A stretch of DNA of 64,000 nucleotides, from assembly GCA_035439485.1 (NCBI GenBank), contig DAORKI010000001.1, forward strand, positions 1,287 to 65,286. Reading direction: 5' to 3'. Positions within the stretch are counted from its first letter, which is position 1. Each line of letters begins with the position of its first letter. This DNA is from Bacteroidia bacterium (GTDB taxonomy: Bacteria > Bacteroidota > Bacteroidia > UBA4408). Positions 48,874 to 59,002 of this stretch are shown in pieces. A model generated the notes under the pieces. The model made no database searches, was not told the DNA's origin, and saw only the letters and a list, made by a program, of their open reading frames with translations. The position numbers and the translations under genes were made by a program.

Positions 48874-49515
48874 ATGCAAATTGTAAATCCAGAAATTGAA
48901 AAATATTGCGAAAAGCATAGCGAACCCGAAAGTGAACTTCTTCAAAAAATAAACCGTGAAACACACTTAGAAGTGCTTATGCCACGCATGCTTTCAGGAC
49001 ATTTGCAAGGTAGGTTTTTAGCTATGATAAGCAAAATGATTAAACCTAAATTTATTCTTGAAATTGGTACTTTTACAGGATATGCTTCTTTATGTTTAGT
49101 GGAAGGTTTAGAAGAAAATGGACAATTATTTACCATTGATATTAATGAGGAATTAGCCCCCAGAGTAAATGGGTATTTTACACAACACCCTAAAGCCTCA
49201 CAACTCAATTACATCAATGGTGACGCTATGGCCGAAATTCCTAAAATTAAGGTGAATTTTGATTTGGTTTTTATTGATGCGGATAAAAAAAACTATGCTA
49301 AATATTTTGATTTAGTTATTGATAAAGTTAATGCGGGTGGATATATCATTTCAGATAATGTATTGTGGAGTGGAAAAGTGATTGATATGGAAGCACAAAA
49401 TGACGCTGATACCTTAAACATGCTTAAGTTTAATGAAAAGTTAGTCACTGATAAAAGAGTAGAAGCCATGTTATTGCCACTAAGAGATGGATTAATGATT
49501 TGCAGAAAAATCTAG
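48874..49515 (+). CDS. Class I SAM-dependent O-methyltransferase (family 3, caffeoyl-CoA OMT-like)
   Basis: ILEIGTFTGYS (SAM motif I), FIDADK, and ISDNVLW. Confidence 0.8.
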   Translation: MQIVNPEIEKYCEKHSEPESELLQKINRETHLEVLMPRMLSGHLQGRFLAMISKMIKPKFILEIGTFTGYASLCLVEGLEENGQLFTIDINEELAPRVNGYFTQHPKASQLNYINGDAMAEIPKIKVNFDLVFIDADKKNYAKYFDLVIDKVNAGGYIISDNVLWSGKVIDMEAQNDADTLNMLKFNEKLVTDKRVEAMLLPLRDGLMICRKI

Positions 49516-49696
49516 CAAAAGCGAATATTTGACTTAATAAAATCTTTAATATCAATTTAAATTTAAAAGAGGAAAGTCATTTTGCTTCTTTTTTATTTGT
49601 ATTATATTATTTAATTTGGGCTATATAAATGGAAATGGCGACTCTAAATACACTTAAATTCGTCAAAAAAATAGCACATTTCCGGGAGTAATTTGT

Positions 49697-49704
49697 TACA
49701 TTTG
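49697..49704 (+). promoter_or_regulatory. Candidate -7 promoter box (TAnnTTTG) for purL
   Basis: TACATTTG, 23 nt upstream of the purL ATG. Confidence 0.35.
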
Positions 49705-49726
49705 CAGCTTCTTAAAATAAAACATT

Positions 49727-51976
49727 ATGATGTTAGATTCAACATTGGTTGGTGCCCCTGAAACAGTAGAGACAGCAAAAAAGCTTGGATTACTTCCTCA
49801 AGAATTTGAACGTATTACCGAAATATTAGGACGTGTTCCCAATTTTACTGAATTAAGTATTTTTTCAGTTATGTGGAGCGAGCATTGTTCTTATAAAAAC
49901 TCAATAGTTTGGCTTAAAACCTTGCCAAAGGAAGGATCACGAATGCTTGCAAAAGCTGGCGAAGAAAATGCGGGACTTGTTGATATTGGTGATGGGCTTG
50001 GATGCGCCTTTAAAATTGAGTCACATAATCATCCAAGTGCTTTAGAACCTTATCAAGGTGCTGCAACAGGTGTAGGCGGCATCAATAGAGATATTTTTAC
50101 TATGGGGGCAAGGCCAATTGCTCAACTAAATTCTTTACGTTTTGGCAATATCAATAGCAAACGAACAAAATGGCTAATGCGCGGTGTTGTTAAAGGTATT
50201 GGCGATTATGGAAATGCTTTTGGAATTCCAACTGTAGGTGGTGAAGTTTTTTTTGATGATTGTTATGAAGTTAACCCACTCGTTAATGCCATGAGTGTAG
50301 GTATTGTAAAAAAAGGAGAAACAGTTTCAGCAACTTCCTATGGTGTTGGAAATCCGGTGTATATTGTTGGGTCAGCCACAGGCAAGGATGGTATCCATGG
50401 CGCTACTTTTGCTTCTGCAGATATAACCGAAGATTCTGCAAAAGATTTACCAGCAGTGCAGGTAGGCGACCCTTTTCAGGAAAAACTATTGTTGGAAGCA
50501 ACTTTAGAAGTAATTAAAACAGGCGCTGTAATTGGGATGCAAGACATGGGTGCAGCAGGAATTACTTGTTCAACTAGCGAAATGAGTGCTAAAGGTGAAC
50601 ATGGAATGATTATTCATTTAGATAAAGTTCCTACACGTCAACAGGGTATGCAACCATTCGAAATATTACTTTCTGAAAGCCAAGAGAGAATGCTAATAGT
50701 AGTTAAAAAAGGACAAGAAAAAGCTGTTGAAGATGTATTTGAAAAATGGGATTTGAATTGCCAAGTAATTGGCGAAGTAACGGACTCAAAACGTTTAAAA
50801 TATTATATGCATGGTAATTTGGTGGCTGATGTACCAGCGCACGATTTAGTGCTTGGTGGTGGTGCACCTGTTTATCACCGTGAATATAAAGAGCCTGCCT
50901 ATTACAGCGAAGCTAAAAAGTTTGATATTAATCATGTTGCCGAACCTCAAGATTATAAAGCTGTAATGCTGCACTTGGTAAACCACCCAAATATTGCATC
51001 AAAACGATGGGTTTATGAGCAATACGATAGCATGGTAGGAACAATTAACATGAGCACCAATAAGCCTTCTTCAGCTGCAATTGTGAATTTAAAAGATAGC
51101 GACCGTGCATTGGCATTATCTGTTGATTGCAATAGTCGTTATGTAAATGCTGATCCTGAAATTGGTTGTGCTATTGCTGTTGCGGAAGCTTCAAGAAATA
51201 TAGTTTGTGCAGGTGGAATTGGATTGGCAGTTACCAATTGTTTAAATTTTGGAAATCCATATAATCCAGAGGTGTATTGGCAATTTGTTGGAGCAATTAA
51301 AGGGATGGGTTTAGCTTGTAAAAAGTTTGAAACGCCAGTTACTGGTGGAAATGTTAGCTTTTACAATCAAAGCACCAATGGCGATAAAACAGAACCTGTT
51401 TTTCCAACGCCAACAATTGGAATGTTAGGAATATTGGATTCTAAGAAAACATTCACAGGAATTGGATTTAAAAAAGTTGATGATTTAATATACTTGATTG
51501 GAGAATCAGTGAATGACATAAACTCTTCAGAATATTTATATTCTTTTGTTGGGGTAAAAAACAGTCCAGCTCCGCATTTCGATTTAGATAAAGAATATCT
51601 CATACAAAAGGGAATAAGTGAAATTATTAAACAAGATATGATTGCTTCTGCAAACGATTGTGCCGATGGTGGTTTGTTTATTGCTGTATTGGAGTGCGCT
51701 ATGGCAAGCGATTTGAGTTTTCATATCAACACAGATAAAAAAATTAGAAAAGATGCTTTCCTATTTGGAGAAGCACAAAGTAGGGTAATAGTGAGTATTG
51801 ATCCATCTCAAAAAAAGGAGTTAGAGAATTTCTTAACCAAGCAAAATCTACCTTATACTGAAATAGGAAAAGTAGCGCAAAAAGAAATTAAGATTGATGG
51901 TATTTCCTTTGGTAATTGCCATGAGTACAAAAGACATTACGATAATGTTTTGTCAAACATCATGACCGAAAATTAA
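49727..51976 (+). CDS. purL: Phosphoribosylformylglycinamidine synthase subunit PurL (small, three-subunit type)
   Basis: [27 protein letters not shown], and a duplicated AIR-synthase-like fold. The ~749-aa length indicates the PurL/PurQ/PurS type. Confidence 0.92.
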   Translation: MMLDSTLVGAPETVETAKKLGLLPQEFERITEILGRVPNFTELSIFSVMWSEHCSYKNSIVWLKTLPKEGSRMLAKAGEENAGLVDIGDGLGCAFKIESHNHPSALEPYQGAATGVGGINRDIFTMGARPIAQLNSLRFGNINSKRTKWLMRGVVKGIGDYGNAFGIPTVGGEVFFDDCYEVNPLVNAMSVGIVKKGETVSATSYGVGNPVYIVGSATGKDGIHGATFASADITEDSAKDLPAVQVGDPFQEKLLLEATLEVIKTGAVIGMQDMGAAGITCSTSEMSAKGEHGMIIHLDKVPTRQQGMQPFEILLSESQERMLIVVKKGQEKAVEDVFEKWDLNCQVIGEVTDSKRLKYYMHGNLVADVPAHDLVLGGGAPVYHREYKEPAYYSEAKKFDINHVAEPQDYKAVMLHLVNHPNIASKRWVYEQYDSMVGTINMSTNKPSSAAIVNLKDSDRALALSVDCNSRYVNADPEIGCAIAVAEASRNIVCAGGIGLAVTNCLNFGNPYNPEVYWQFVGAIKGMGLACKKFETPVTGGNVSFYNQSTNGDKTEPVFPTPTIGMLGILDSKKTFTGIGFKKVDDLIYLIGESVNDINSSEYLYSFVGVKNSPAPHFDLDKEYLIQKGISEIIKQDMIASANDCADGGLFIAVLECAMASDLSFHINTDKKIRKDAFLFGEAQSRVIVSIDPSQKKELENFLTKQNLPYTEIGKVAQKEIKIDGISFGNCHEYKRHYDNVLSNIMTEN

Positions 51977-51995
51977 TAAAATAGCGCTGTAATTC

Positions 51996-53333
51996 TTGAC
52001 AAAAGTTGCTTTTCATACTTTAGGTTGCAAATTAAATTTTGCTGAAACAAGCACCATTGCACGACAATTCAATGACAATGGTTTTACACGTGTCTCATTT
52101 GATACGGTAGCAGATGTTTATGTGATAAATACTTGTTCAGTAACCGAGAATGCTGATAAAGAATGTAAAAAAATAGTACAGCAAGTCATGAAACTAGCGC
52201 CTGAGGCGTTTGTTTGTATAGTTGGGTGTTATGCGCAATTAAAGCCCGATGAAATTGCTAAAATAAATGGGGTGGATTTGGTATTGGGTGCAACTGAAAA
52301 GTTTCGTATTATTGAATATATCAATGATTTAAATAAAAAACAATTTGCTGAAATTCATAGCTGCGAAATTGAAGACGCAAACATTTTTACTTCAGCATAC
52401 AGTATAGGCGACAGAACCAGGGCCTTTTTAAAGATTCAAGATGGCTGTGATTACAGTTGTACCTATTGTACTATTCCGCTTGCAAGAGGCATCAGCAGGA
52501 GCGATAGTTTAAACAATGTGCTTGATAATGCTGCACAAATTGCTAAAAAAGGAATTAAAGAAATAGTGCTTACTGGGGTTAATATTGGTGATTATGGGAA
52601 GGGTGAAAATGGGGATAAAAAACATCAACACACCTTTCTAGATTTGGTGAAAGCACTTGATTCAATTGATGGAATTGAGCGATACAGAATATCAAGCATT
52701 GAGCCCAATTTACTTAAAAACGAAATCATAGAGTTTGTTGCCCATTCAAACAAATTTGTACCACATTTTCATATTCCACTTCAAAGTGGATGTAACAAAA
52801 TTTTAAAATTAATGAAAAGACGCTATATGCGTGAATTATATAATGAAAGAGTTAGTACTATTAAAAAATTAATTCCTGAATGTTGTATTGGAGTTGATGT
52901 AATCACAGGTTTTCCTGGTGAAACAGAGGAGGATTTTTTAGAAACATATCATTTTTTAAATGATTTAGATGTATCTTACTTCCATGTTTTTACATATTCT
53001 GAAAGAGAGAATACTGAGGCTGCAACTTTTTCAAATGTAGTGAGTCTTGCAGAAAGAAAACGAAGAACAAAAATGTTGCGTATTTTATCATCAAAGAAAA
53101 AAACAAATTTTTATAATTCATTTAAAAATTCATCACACGAGGTGCTGTTCGAAAGTGAACAAAAAAACAATCGCATTTATGGTTACTCAAGAAACTATCT
53201 TAGAGTAAGTGTTCCTTTTGATGCAAATTTGATAAACCAAAAAAGAATGGTACACATTAATAAAATTGATGGGGAAGGAAATTTAATAGCTACACTTGAA
53301 AATATTGAAGCGAATTCAATCGTTAATTATTAA
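51996..53333 (+). CDS. mtaB: tRNA methylthiotransferase MtaB (radical SAM, MiaB family)
   Basis: KVAFHTLGCKLNFAETS (UPF0004 domain), the radical-SAM motif GCDYSCTYC, and a TRAM-like C-terminus. TTG start. Confidence 0.85.
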   Translation: MTKVAFHTLGCKLNFAETSTIARQFNDNGFTRVSFDTVADVYVINTCSVTENADKECKKIVQQVMKLAPEAFVCIVGCYAQLKPDEIAKINGVDLVLGATEKFRIIEYINDLNKKQFAEIHSCEIEDANIFTSAYSIGDRTRAFLKIQDGCDYSCTYCTIPLARGISRSDSLNNVLDNAAQIAKKGIKEIVLTGVNIGDYGKGENGDKKHQHTFLDLVKALDSIDGIERYRISSIEPNLLKNEIIEFVAHSNKFVPHFHIPLQSGCNKILKLMKRRYMRELYNERVSTIKKLIPECCIGVDVITGFPGETEEDFLETYHFLNDLDVSYFHVFTYSERENTEAATFSNVVSLAERKRRTKMLRILSSKKKTNFYNSFKNSSHEVLFESEQKNNRIYGYSRNYLRVSVPFDANLINQKRMVHINKIDGEGNLIATLENIEANSIVNY

Positions 53334-53348
53334 TAAATTATACCAACA

Positions 53349-53374
53349 AAAAGTAATAGCAAATTACTTTTTTA
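53349..53374 (+). terminator. Rho-independent terminator after mtaB
   Basis: AAAAGTAAT - agcaa - ATTACTTTT followed by additional T residues. Confidence 0.5.
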
Positions 53375-53420
53375 AAATAAATCTTTATATCTTTGATTAA
53401 TTTCCTCTAAAGAAAAAATA

Positions 53421-53702
53421 ATGGATTCTAACGAGCAATACTCAATTTCACCTAAATCTGGAAGGTTAAGAAAAAGAGTAAGGGTTAAATATAAAAAAAA
53501 GAAACCTGTTGTCACCAAAAGTAAACTTAAAAAACTTATCAGTAATCCATTATTAATAATACTCATGCTAGCATTTTTATGTTTAATAACATATTATTTG
53601 ATGCCAAAATATGGGGTTTATTATGAAAAATATAGACAATCAAATGATAATGAAACTCATAATTCAAATAAGCGCATCAAAGAAACCGATGTTTATGAAT
53701 AA
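53421..53702 (+). CDS. Small single-TM protein with very basic N-terminus (hypothetical)
   Basis: Co-directional with its neighbours. KKRVRVKYKKKKPVVTKSKLKK is followed by one TM helix (LLIILMLAFLCLITYYL). I prefer it over the overlapping antisense 64-aa ORF. Confidence 0.4.
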   Translation: MDSNEQYSISPKSGRLRKRVRVKYKKKKPVVTKSKLKKLISNPLLIILMLAFLCLITYYLMPKYGVYYEKYRQSNDNETHNSNKRIKETDVYE

Positions 53703-53751
53703 GAAATTACTAGCGATACATTACCTCAATACTGAATTCTAATTTTTTACA

Positions 53752-54921
53752 ATGTATCCAACTATCACTGATTTAATTCAGGACCTTTTAGGCTTTCATT
53801 TTGCATTACCAATTCAAACTTTTGGCTTTTTTGTGGCCATAGCATTTTTAATTGCTGGTGCCTTATTGGGTGCAGAATTAAAAAGAAAAGAAAATGAAGG
53901 ACTCATTCCTGTTTCTTACAACACTGTTATTGTAGGTAAGCCAGCATCAATAAGTGAGCTTATTTTGGCATTTTTTACAGGCTTTATTATAGGGTATAAA
54001 TTTATTTATGCAGCACTAAATTACGCTCAATTTGCCGACAATCCCCAGGAGGTAATTTTATCTTTAAAAGGCAATCTTTTTGCAGGAATTGTTTTTGGAG
54101 CCATATCCGCCTACATGCGATATCGTGAAAAAGAAAAACTTAAAAAAGAAATTCCTACCACTGAAAAAATTACTGTTCATCCAAACGAGCAAGTGGGAAA
54201 TATTGTCATTATTTGTGCAGTAGCCGGACTATTAGGCGCTAAAATATTTCACAACCTCGAAAATATAGACGAGTTTTTGGCTGATCCAATTGATGCTCTC
54301 ATATCATTCAGTGGCTTAACAATGTATGGCGGTTTAATTCTTACTTCAATTACGCTTTATTTTTATTCAAAAAAAATAAATATTCCATTTATACACATGG
54401 CTGATGCAGCAGCAGCACCATTAATGATAGGCTATGCAATAGGTCGAATTGGTTGTCATATGAGTGGTGATGGTGATTGGGGAATAGTAAACACATTGCC
54501 CAAACCCAATATTTTTGGTTTTTTACCTGATTGGTTTTGGAAATACAATTATCCACACAATGTTATTAGTGAAGGAATTCCTATACCGGGTTGTGAAGGT
54601 AAACACTGTTTTATGTTGCCTGAAGCTGTATTCCCAACACCATTATACGAAAGTATAGCATGTATATTATTGTTTTTTGTAATATGGAGCATTCGTCACA
54701 AATTTAAGAAACCAGGCGTTTTGTTTTCTTTTTATATTTTATTAAACGGAATCGAAAGACTATTAGTAGAACAAATTAGAGTAAACACAAAATACCATAT
54801 TGGGAGCTTAGATATAACCCAAGCCGAAATAATTGCAACATTATTTATTATTATGGGCGCGTATGGAATTTATTTTTTTCGAAAAAGAAGTAACTCACCA
54901 TCAGCTTTTAAAACCGTATGA
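53752..54921 (+). CDS. lgt: Prolipoprotein diacylglyceryl transferase
   Basis: Polytopic membrane protein with a GRIGCHMSGDG block in the position of the Lgt G-R-x-G-N signature, and the N-terminus ...FG.F.A.AFL typical of Lgt. Confidence 0.75.
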   Translation: MYPTITDLIQDLLGFHFALPIQTFGFFVAIAFLIAGALLGAELKRKENEGLIPVSYNTVIVGKPASISELILAFFTGFIIGYKFIYAALNYAQFADNPQEVILSLKGNLFAGIVFGAISAYMRYREKEKLKKEIPTTEKITVHPNEQVGNIVIICAVAGLLGAKIFHNLENIDEFLADPIDALISFSGLTMYGGLILTSITLYFYSKKINIPFIHMADAAAAPLMIGYAIGRIGCHMSGDGDWGIVNTLPKPNIFGFLPDWFWKYNYPHNVISEGIPIPGCEGKHCFMLPEAVFPTPLYESIACILLFFVIWSIRHKFKKPGVLFSFYILLNGIERLLVEQIRVNTKYHIGSLDITQAEIIATLFIIMGAYGIYFFRKRSNSPSAFKTV

Positions 54922-55718
54922 GTATTAATTACCAAAGCATTTGCAATAATGTTATTGAAATTGCAAAAAAAACAGCACAATATATACAAAGCGAAAAGGG
55001 TAAGATTTCGGCACAACAAATTGAAATTAAAGGACTTAATGACTTTGTAACAAGGGTAGATAAAACCTCAGAAAAACTTATAATTGAGGCTTTAGAACCT
55101 TTAGTGCCTGAAGCAGGATTTATAGCCGAAGAGAATACAAAATCTCAGAAAGGGGATGTATATAATTGGATTATTGATCCATTAGATGGTACAACGAATT
55201 TTATTCATGGCATTCCCTGCTATTGTATTAGTATAGCATTAATGCAAGAAAATGAAATTGTTGTGGGGGTTATATTTGAAATGAATTTACAAGAGTGCTT
55301 TTATGCCTGGAAAAACGGTGGAGCATTTTTAAATGGGAAACAAATTCATGTTTCAAACACCAATAAGCTCATAGATTCATTATTGGCAACAGGCTTTCCT
55401 TATTATGACTATCAGTACTTAAACGAATACCTTGATTTGTTTAAACATTTTATGAAAAACTCACATGGAGTAAGAAGGCTAGGTAGTGCCGCTGCTGACT
55501 TAGCTTATGTTGCTGCAGGACGCTTTGAGGGCTTTTATGAATATAGTTTAAAACCATGGGATGTAGCGGCTGGGGCACTAATTGTTATTGAAGCTGGCGG
55601 CAAAGTTTCTGATTTTAAGGGAGGTAGCAATTATATTTTTGGTCAGGAAATAGTGTCTTCTAATGCTAATATATTTAATGAATTTACAGAAGCAGTGTCA
55701 AAATTCATGAATAAATAA
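54918..55718 (+). CDS. Inositol monophosphatase family protein (SuhB-like)
   Basis: AEE, IDPLDGTTNF and WDVAAG motifs. Overlaps the lgt stop by 4 nt. Confidence 0.85.
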   Translation: MSINYQSICNNVIEIAKKTAQYIQSEKGKISAQQIEIKGLNDFVTRVDKTSEKLIIEALEPLVPEAGFIAEENTKSQKGDVYNWIIDPLDGTTNFIHGIPCYCISIALMQENEIVVGVIFEMNLQECFYAWKNGGAFLNGKQIHVSNTNKLIDSLLATGFPYYDYQYLNEYLDLFKHFMKNSHGVRRLGSAAADLAYVAAGRFEGFYEYSLKPWDVAAGALIVIEAGGKVSDFKGGSNYIFGQEIVSSNANIFNEFTEAVSKFMNK

Positions 55719-55814
55719 GTTATGTTTTAGGAAAAAAAATCAATTTATCGAAGCTAACAATTCATATGACGATATTTTTTTTGATAAAAAAATTGTAGGT
55801 TTTGAAGTAATTTA

Positions 55815-55822
55815 TAAATTTG
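55815..55822 (+). promoter_or_regulatory. Candidate -7 promoter box (TAnnTTTG) for the SiaB-like/DUF1987 pair
   Basis: TAAATTTG, 52-76 nt upstream of the candidate start codons. Confidence 0.3.
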
Positions 55823-55897
55823 CCACAATTATCATAAGTAAAAGTTAATTATTAATAAACAAATAAAGGTAACTTGCAAGACGTAAAAAATTCTGAA

Positions 55898-56446
55898 ATG
55901 CTTGATATTTACGAGTTTTACGACAAAATGGAACGTAATAAAATTATGCTTTCATTTAAAGGAGACATTACATCTGAGTTACTCACTTCTATACTTCAAA
56001 TTATGGAAAGCAAGTTAGATAACTTGCAAGAAGAACCCAAAATCAAGAAAAAAGTTTATAATGTGCTTGTGGAGTGTTTGCAAAATCTATATCATCACCT
56101 AGATGTAGATTTAAATGACAACTCTGAAAGAGCAAAAAAGTACCGTTCCGCCATATTTATGATAGGAAAAATAGGTACTGAATACAATATTATTACAGGA
56201 AATTATATTTTAAATGAAAACGTGGCCAATTTACGCGAGAAATTGAATAGAATTAATGTAATGAGTAAAGATGAATTAAAAGAATATTACAAAGAAATTT
56301 TAAATAACGATGAATTCTCCGAAAAAGGAGGTGGTGGGCTTGGAATGATTGATATTGCAAGAAAGTCGGGACAAAAATTAAATTTTAACTTTGTTAATAT
56401 TGATAGTCAGTTTTCTTTTTTTAGTTTAAACATTAAAATATCTTAA
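55898..56446 (+). CDS. SiaB-like protein kinase (DUF6272, GHKL/anti-sigma-like ATPase fold)
   Basis: The ORF is open from TTG 55874; I prefer ATG 55898. IMLSFKGDIT and the C-terminal GGGGLGMIDIARKSG ATP-lid-like motif match what I recall of the SiaB family. Confidence 0.65.
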   Translation: MLDIYEFYDKMERNKIMLSFKGDITSELLTSILQIMESKLDNLQEEPKIKKKVYNVLVECLQNLYHHLDVDLNDNSERAKKYRSAIFMIGKIGTEYNIITGNYILNENVANLREKLNRINVMSKDELKEYYKEILNNDEFSEKGGGGLGMIDIARKSGQKLNFNFVNIDSQFSFFSLNIKIS

Positions 56447-56472
56447 CCCTAATATAACCCCTAATAAATACG

Positions 56473-56856
56473 ATGGAAACTTTACTAATAGAAGGCTCAG
56501 CAAAAACACCAACCATTAAATTTGATGCAGAGCAAGGAATTATTGAAATAAAAGGAAGATCAATTCCTGAAAACTCAATTGAATTTTACAAACCATTAAT
56601 TGATTGGTTAGAAAAGTATTCAGGAAAGCCTAAATCAAATACTATTGTTAATATACAATTGGAGTACTTTAATACTAGTTCTTCAAAATGCATATTGGAT
56701 GTTTTTAAAAAATTGGAATCTATTAACAAAGGTGGTCAGAGCCAAGTAGTTATCAATTGGCATTATGAAGAAGATGATGAAGACATGAGCGAAGCAGGTG
56801 AAGATTATCAAGCTATTATTAATGTGCCATTTAAAATGGTTATGGTGCAAGAGTAA
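56473..56856 (+). CDS. DUF1987 (SiaC-like) partner-switch protein
   Basis: LLIEGSAKTPTIKFDAEQGIIEIKGRSIPENSIEFYKPLIDWL....LEYFNTSSSKCILD......INWHYEEDDEDM.EAGED is essentially the DUF1987 consensus as I recall it. Confidence 0.8.
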   Translation: METLLIEGSAKTPTIKFDAEQGIIEIKGRSIPENSIEFYKPLIDWLEKYSGKPKSNTIVNIQLEYFNTSSSKCILDVFKKLESINKGGQSQVVINWHYEEDDEDMSEAGEDYQAIINVPFKMVMVQE

Positions 56857-56875
56857 AGCCTCAATTTTATATTTT

Positions 56876-56909
56876 AAAAAGCCTACAATTTTAATTGTAG
56901 GCTTTTTTT
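56876..56909 (+). terminator. Rho-independent terminator after the DUF1987 gene
   Basis: AAAAAGCCTACAATT - tt - AATTGTAGGCTTTTTTT. Confidence 0.65.
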
Positions 56910-57261
56910 ATTGCCCAATAATTTATTGATTTGAACGCATTAATAAACACGTCATTTAAATTAATATTAATTTGACATCATTTTGCTTATTTAAGTATTA
57001 ACCATACTCCAATTTCCCATGTTTGAAATTGAATCAATTGGAGACTATCCTACCTTGCTCAGAATCAATTAAAACTTCATTTTCTTATTGACTATTTGCT
57101 TAAACAAAATTTGGATAATTGTTTAATAGAAAAGAACACATTCAAAATTTTAGTTATGAACTTTTATAACGTTGGAATTTTAATTTTTGGTTGAGCTATA
57201 TACAACTAAAATTCTTCAACATGAAGCAAACATTAATGACACAAAATAATAAAATAGGAGC

Positions 57262-57295
57262 AAAAAAAAGCGGAATGCCTTAACATCCCGCTTTT
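57262..57295 (-). terminator. Rho-independent terminator after the T9SS cargo gene (minus strand)
   Basis: On the minus strand: AAAAGCGGGATG - ttaagg - CATTCCGC followed by TTTTTTTT (one mismatch in the stem). Confidence 0.55.
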
Positions 57296-57312
57296 ATCAT
57301 AAACTATAGAAT

Positions 57313-58227
57313 TTAATGATTGATAGTAATTTTACCTGAAGTCATTATTAAATTGTTATTATCAAGTAAAGTATAAAAGTATAAGCCTTTGGCTAAATGA
57401 CCAACACCTATAGTTTCAATTTTTGAATTGAGGCTAAAGCTTTCAATGATCTTCCCATTAACATCTAAAATTTGCATTTGACTAGCTTTTGTTTTATTTC
57501 CCATATTAATAGTAATAAACTCCTTTGCTGGATTAGGGGCAATCGTAATATCTTCATTTTTTAAAAACTCTGTAATGCCTGTATTTACTGTTCCCCATTT
57601 TAAATCATCTATCCATAAACTACTTCCAACCTGTGCATTAATTAAATCACTTGAAGAAACAACAATTACACAAGTATCAGGGATAACGTTGGTAGGAACG
57701 GTATAATTAATTACTGCATATTTTAAAGTGAATTGATTTATGCTACCACTAATGTATGCAATACCAAGTCCTATTGTATCTCTTTTGTTAGTTCCATTAT
57801 AATTAAATTTTGTCATAGCAACGCTAACAAAACCGGAATCATTATTTACCGGTGCATAACGCACATAAAAGGATAAAGAATCTTTTCTATTGCTGTATGG
57901 AAACCCAAGTTTAATGCTTGTTGGAATGGGTATGATTGAACCAGTTAACATTAAACCAGAAACATCTGGAACCAAGCCTCCAGTATTTGCACTTAAACCA
58001 GGTATAGATTTGGTGGTAATATTTGCTGACTTTGAACCCCAATGCCAAATAACAGCATCTTCTTTAACTATTGGCGGTGTGCCTGCTAAAATATTGGCAG
58101 AAGTCCAGCCTTGTGGATTAGTTCCAAAGCCTCCCCAAGTGTTTTCAAAACCAAAGTCGGGAACTTGCGCAAAAGCATTAAAACTAATTAATGCACTCGT
58201 TAAAACAGTAAGTAATATTTTTTTCAT
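57313..58227 (-). CDS. T9SS-sorted secreted protein of unknown function
   Basis: Signal peptide ..FNAFA/QVP, an N-terminal FGFENTWGGFGTNPQGW segment, and a C-terminal type-A sorting domain (IAPNPAKEFITI...GLYFYTL). Confidence 0.75.
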   Translation of the reverse strand: MKKILLTVLTSALISFNAFAQVPDFGFENTWGGFGTNPQGWTSANILAGTPPIVKEDAVIWHWGSKSANITTKSIPGLSANTGGLVPDVSGLMLTGSIIPIPTSIKLGFPYSNRKDSLSFYVRYAPVNNDSGFVSVAMTKFNYNGTNKRDTIGLGIAYISGSINQFTLKYAVINYTVPTNVIPDTCVIVVSSSDLINAQVGSSLWIDDLKWGTVNTGITEFLKNEDITIAPNPAKEFITINMGNKTKASQMQILDVNGKIIESFSLNSKIETIGVGHLAKGLYFYTLLDNNNLIMTSGKITINH

Positions 58228-58286
58228 TTGTGGTTTTTTATTGTTTGTATTAAGTAGAATATAAATTTGATAATGCTTATTAGCTG

Positions 58287-59000
58287 CTAATTTAATTGTT
58301 TTAAATACATTTGAATAGTATTTTCTATTCCAAAATATAAGGCATCACTTATTAATGCATGCCCAATTGAAACTTCTTCTAAATGTTTAATTTGACTTGA
58401 AAAGTACTTTAAATTATCTAAATTTAAATCATGTCCTGCATTAATTTTTAAACCTAACGAATGGGCCATTTCGGCTGCTTTAATATAGGGCTCAATTGCT
58501 TTCTCTTTGTTTTTTTGAAAGTTACTTGCATATGATTCGGTATAAAGTTCCACACAATCGGTTCCTGTTTTGAGCGCAAATACCATATTCATTGGCTCTG
58601 TGTCGATAAAAATTGATGTTCTTATGCCCGCAATTTTAAATTTATCAATCACATCTTTTAAAAAGTTTTCATTTTTTTGCGTATCCCATCCAGCATTGGA
58701 TGTTATAGCATCGGGAGCATCGGGTACAAGCGTAACTTGATGAGGTTTAATTTGAAGTACTAAATCTATAAAGTGTTCAGAAGGATATCCTTCAATATTT
58801 AATTCTGTTTTAATATTTTGCCTTAATGGTAATAAATCGTTGAATCTAATATGGCGCTCATCAGGTCGTGGATGCACAGTAATCCCTTGAGCTCCAAACC
58901 GTTCGCAATCTGTAGCAAACCGTAATAAATCAGGAGTATTGCCACCTCTAGCGTTTCTAATGGTAGCCACTTTATTTATATTTACGCTTAATTTAGCCAA
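58287..59000 (-). CDS. pdxJ: Pyridoxine 5'-phosphate synthase
   Basis: [40 protein letters not shown] start. Confidence 0.9.
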   Translation of the reverse strand: MAKLSVNINKVATIRNARGGNTPDLLRFATDCERFGAQGITVHPRPDERHIRFNDLLPLRQNIKTELNIEGYPSEHFIDLVLQIKPHQVTLVPDAPDAITSNAGWDTQKNENFLKDVIDKFKIAGIRTSIFIDTEPMNMVFALKTGTDCVELYTESYASNFQKNKEKAIEPYIKAAEMAHSLGLKINAGHDLNLDNLKYFSSQIKHLEEVSIGHALISDALYFGIENTIQMYLKQLN

Positions 59001-59002
59001 AT

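Noticed and set aside
49569-49578. GAGGAAAGTC in the purL leader resembles the universally conserved P4 strand of RNase P RNA (GAGGAAAGUCC).
   Set aside because: The intergenic region is only about 210 nt and very AT-rich. It lacks the complementary P4 strand and the other conserved regions. The match is most likely chance.
53372-53566. 64-aa minus-strand ORF overlapping the 93-aa plus-strand ORF.
   Set aside because: It is antisense to the flow of all neighbouring genes and begins inside the mtaB terminator region. The plus-strand ORF has a more protein-like layout of a basic N-terminus plus one TM helix. Neither ORF is strongly supported.
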